Assembly: GCA_902591845.1 (NCBI GenBank)
Contig: CACJCG010000001.1
Span: forward strand, 1,080 to 65,079
DNA: 64,000 nt
Direction: 5' to 3'
DNA from: an uncultured Pelagibacteraceae bacterium
GTDB lineage: Bacteria > Pseudomonadota > Alphaproteobacteria > Pelagibacterales > Pelagibacteraceae
Shown here: positions 61,613-64,000 of the stretch, piece after piece
How positions within the stretch are numbered: position 1 is the stretch's first letter
Layout: each line of letters begins with the position of its first letter
Made by a program: the position numbers and the translations under genes
Notes under the pieces: model-generated
What the model saw: only the letters and a program-made list of their open reading frames with translations
Told to the model about the DNA's origin: nothing
The model's database searches: none

Positions 61613-62113
61613 ATGATTGTAAATATTGCTTTATTAACTGTAACAGATACGAGGACAATTGATAACGATAAATCAGGCGCAATCCTTGTAGATAAAATTG
61701 CTCAAGCTAATCATAAATTAATTGAAAGAAAAATTTGCAAAGATAATAAAGACGATATTGTATCAATCTTAAAAGATTGGACGGATAAAAAAGAAATTGA
61801 TGTAATTATTACGACTGGAGGTACTGGTTTAACTGGGAGGGATATTACTCCAGAAGCATTAGAAGACATTGCTGATAAACACATACCTGGATTTGGTGAA
61901 GTTTTTAGAACAATAAGTTTAAAAACAGTTGGAACCTCATCAATTCAATCTAGAGCTTGTGCAATTTTATCTAACGGTAAATATATTTTTGCTTTACCGG
62001 GTTCATCGGGTGGAGTAACTGATGCATGGGATGGGATTTTAAAACATCAATTAGATATTAATAACAAACCTTGTAATTTTGTTGAATTGTTTCCAAGACT
62101 CAAAGAAAAATAA
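61613..62113 (+). CDS. moaB: Molybdenum cofactor biosynthesis protein B (MoaB/Mog family)
   Basis: LTVTDTR, DKSG, ITTGGTGLTGRDITPEA, FALPGS, PCNFVEL. Confidence 0.93.
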   Translation: MIVNIALLTVTDTRTIDNDKSGAILVDKIAQANHKLIERKICKDNKDDIVSILKDWTDKKEIDVIITTGGTGLTGRDITPEALEDIADKHIPGFGEVFRTISLKTVGTSSIQSRACAILSNGKYIFALPGSSGGVTDAWDGILKHQLDINNKPCNFVELFPRLKEK

Positions 62114-62359
62114 CTATTTTTGATATTTTTCTTTCCATTCAGAATAAGGCATTCCATAAACATGTTCTCTAGCCTCTAAGTCTGACATGCTTACTCCATT
62201 TTTTTCACCTTCTTCTCTAAACCATCTAGATAGACAATTTCTACAAAAACCAGCAAGGTTCATTAGATCAATATTTTGAACATCTTTTCTTTCATCTAAA
62301 TGTTTCAACAATCTTTCAAAAGCTGCTGATTGTAGTTCTTTTTTTTGATTATCATTCAT
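62114..62359 (-). CDS. DUF1244 family protein
   Basis: DVQNIDLMNLAGFCRNCLSRW, AREHVYGMPYSEWK; likely start ATG 62359. Confidence 0.88.
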   Translation of the reverse strand: MNDNQKKELQSAAFERLLKHLDERKDVQNIDLMNLAGFCRNCLSRWFREEGEKNGVSMSDLEAREHVYGMPYSEWKEKYQK

Positions 62360-62476
62360 GAATAGACTATTAATCACAAAATAGAGAAGCACAAGATATA
62401 GTATCGATACAATTCTAAGTAGTAAATTATGATTTTTATAAATGGACTTTAAACAAGTTTATTAGTTTAATTATCT

Positions 62477-64000
62477 ATGGCTATTAAGAAAAAGAAAATA
62501 GCAAAATCAAAGACCAAGAAGAAAAAATATAAATTGGTCAAATCTTCTAGAAAAAAAAATAAAACGAAAAAAAAAGTTGTAGCAAAAAAGTCTGCGACTA
62601 AGAAGCGTTCTAAACAATCTAGAAAAAACATTAAACTTAAAAATAAAACTAACAAAAGAAAGGTAAAAAAAATGAGTGCAGAAACAATTAAAGTGTCTTC
62701 AGTTCTGGATACTTCTCATTTAAAGGTTAAATTTCCATTTAAAGCCCAGTATGGAAACTACATTAATGGAAAATTTGTAGAACCTAAATCAGGTAAATAT
62801 TTTGATAATGTGAGCCCGATTTCTAATGAGAAAATCTGTTCTGTAGCACGATCAAACGAAAAAGATGTTGAGGCAGCATTAGATGCAGCACATGCAGCTT
62901 TTAAAGAGTGGGGCAAAACTGACATCACTACTAGATCTAATATATTAAATAAGATTGCTGATGTTTTAGAAAAAAATCTTGACCTTTTAGCTGTAGCTGA
63001 ATGTTTGGATAATGGCAAACCTATTAGAGAGTGTATGGCAGCAGACTTACCTTTAGTTATTGATCACTGGAGATATTTTGCTGGAGTGATTAGAGCTGAG
63101 GAAGGATCTATTGCAGAAATAAGTAATAATCAATACTCTTATAATTTTCATGAACCGTTAGGAGTAGTTGGTCAAATTGTTCCTTGGAATTTTCCATTAT
63201 TAATGGCAACATGGAAATTGGCACCAGCTCTTGCTGCAGGAAATTGTTCAGTTTTAAAACCAGCTGAACAAACACCAGCATCAATTATGGTAATGATGGA
63301 GCTTATTGGGGATTTATTGCCTCCAGGAGTTGTAAACATCGTAAGTGGTTTCGGATTAGAAGCAGGTAAACCCTTAGCATCTTCAAAAAGAGTTGCTAAA
63401 GTTGCATTTACTGGTGAAACAACTACTGGAAGATTAATAATGCAGTATGCTGCACAAAATATAATTCCAATTACACTGGAATTAGGCGGAAAATCTCCAA
63501 ACATTTTCTTTGAAGATATTATGGATAAAGATGATGACTTTTTAGATAAGTGTGTTGAAGGTTTTGTAATGTTTAATCTTAACCAGGGTGAAGTTTGTAC
63601 TTGTCCAAGTAGAGCTTTAGTTCATGAGTCTATTTATGATAAATTTATGGAAAAATGTATCGCTAGAACAAAAGCAGTTGTACAAGATAATCCTTTGAAA
63701 ATGGAAACAATGATCGGAGCACAGGCGTCTGTAGAGCAGATGGAAAAGATCAAATCTTATCTTGAATTAGGTAAAAAAGAGGGCGCTAAAGTACTAACAG
63801 GTGGAAGTGAAGCTAAACTTAACAGTGGATTGGAAAAAGGTAATTATATTCAGCCAACTGTTTTTGAGGCTAATAATAAAATGAGAATCTCTCAAGAAGA
63901 GATTTTTGGCCCTGTTGTATCTGTGATTAAATTTAAAGATGAAGCAGAAGCATTAGAAATTGCTAATGATACTCTTTATGGTTTGGGAGCAGCTGTTTGG
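62477..64000 (+). CDS. NAD-dependent aldehyde dehydrogenase (AldB/ExaC/AcoD acetaldehyde-dehydrogenase type), 3'-truncated by the window, with a Lys-rich N-terminal extension
   Basis: Not in the ORF track because there is no stop in the window. Open from ATG 62477 (second ATG 62672). Motifs [52 protein letters not shown]. Confidence 0.93.
   Translation, partial: MAIKKKKIAKSKTKKKKYKLVKSSRKKNKTKKKVVAKKSATKKRSKQSRKNIKLKNKTNKRKVKKMSAETIKVSSVLDTSHLKVKFPFKAQYGNYINGKFVEPKSGKYFDNVSPISNEKICSVARSNEKDVEAALDAAHAAFKEWGKTDITTRSNILNKIADVLEKNLDLLAVAECLDNGKPIRECMAADLPLVIDHWRYFAGVIRAEEGSIAEISNNQYSYNFHEPLGVVGQIVPWNFPLLMATWKLAPALAAGNCSVLKPAEQTPASIMVMMELIGDLLPPGVVNIVSGFGLEAGKPLASSKRVAKVAFTGETTTGRLIMQYAAQNIIPITLELGGKSPNIFFEDIMDKDDDFLDKCVEGFVMFNLNQGEVCTCPSRALVHESIYDKFMEKCIARTKAVVQDNPLKMETMIGAQASVEQMEKIKSYLELGKKEGAKVLTGGSEAKLNSGLEKGNYIQPTVFEANNKMRISQEEIFGPVVSVIKFKDEAEALEIANDTLYGLGAAVW

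Noticed and set aside
62467-63504. Minus-strand track ORFs 62467-62655, 62758-63018 and 63172-63504
   Set aside because: They are antisense shadows of the plus-strand ALDH; the Phe-rich one is just the complement of the Lys-rich leader.
1-64000. tRNA/rRNA genes, CRISPR arrays, IS elements, prophage or defence systems
   Set aside because: The spacers are short and AT-rich with no structured-RNA signature; I saw no regular repeats and no transposase, integrase or phage-like ORFs. Poly-A/T runs reflect base composition.

Overview
A very AT-rich, densely packed alphaproteobacterial chromosome segment. Gene content and order, and the near-absence of intergenic DNA, point to SAR11/Pelagibacterales (inference). 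The first ~4.9 kb is the edge of an accessory, surface-glycan-type island: partial nucleotidyltransferase-like gene, HAD phosphatase, split transketolase, membrane GT2 and radical SAM enzyme. The rest is mostly core genome: gshAB, purF-cvpA, an MMPL/RND exporter, dnaB-rplI-rpsR-rpsF, fabDG-acpP-gmk, lptFGD-surA-pdxA-rsmA, pepA-ndk, purMN, hdaA-aspS, accBC-aroQ, thiSG, rne, PBP1A-prfB (programmed +1 frameshift), a YhdP/AsmA-like gene, tyrS-anmK, iscR-suf, glnA, a sulfur/methyl cluster, moaB and an aldehyde dehydrogenase running off the right end. The most unusual observations are: (1) that aldehyde dehydrogenase, missed by the ORF track, has an in-frame 65-aa histone-like leader (31 Lys, 4 Arg, no acidic residues) and a second internal start; (2) an intact stand-alone C-terminal remnant of class II ribonucleotide reductase with a new N-terminus; (3) an RNase E with the Zn-link deleted and the scaffold reduced to a basic tail; (4) an orphan 56-aa protein behind nested palindromes between suf and glnA; (5) an LptD with an internal ~61-aa duplication. 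I found no rRNA, tRNA, CRISPR array or mobile element. All calls come from motif recognition by eye; no database search was run.
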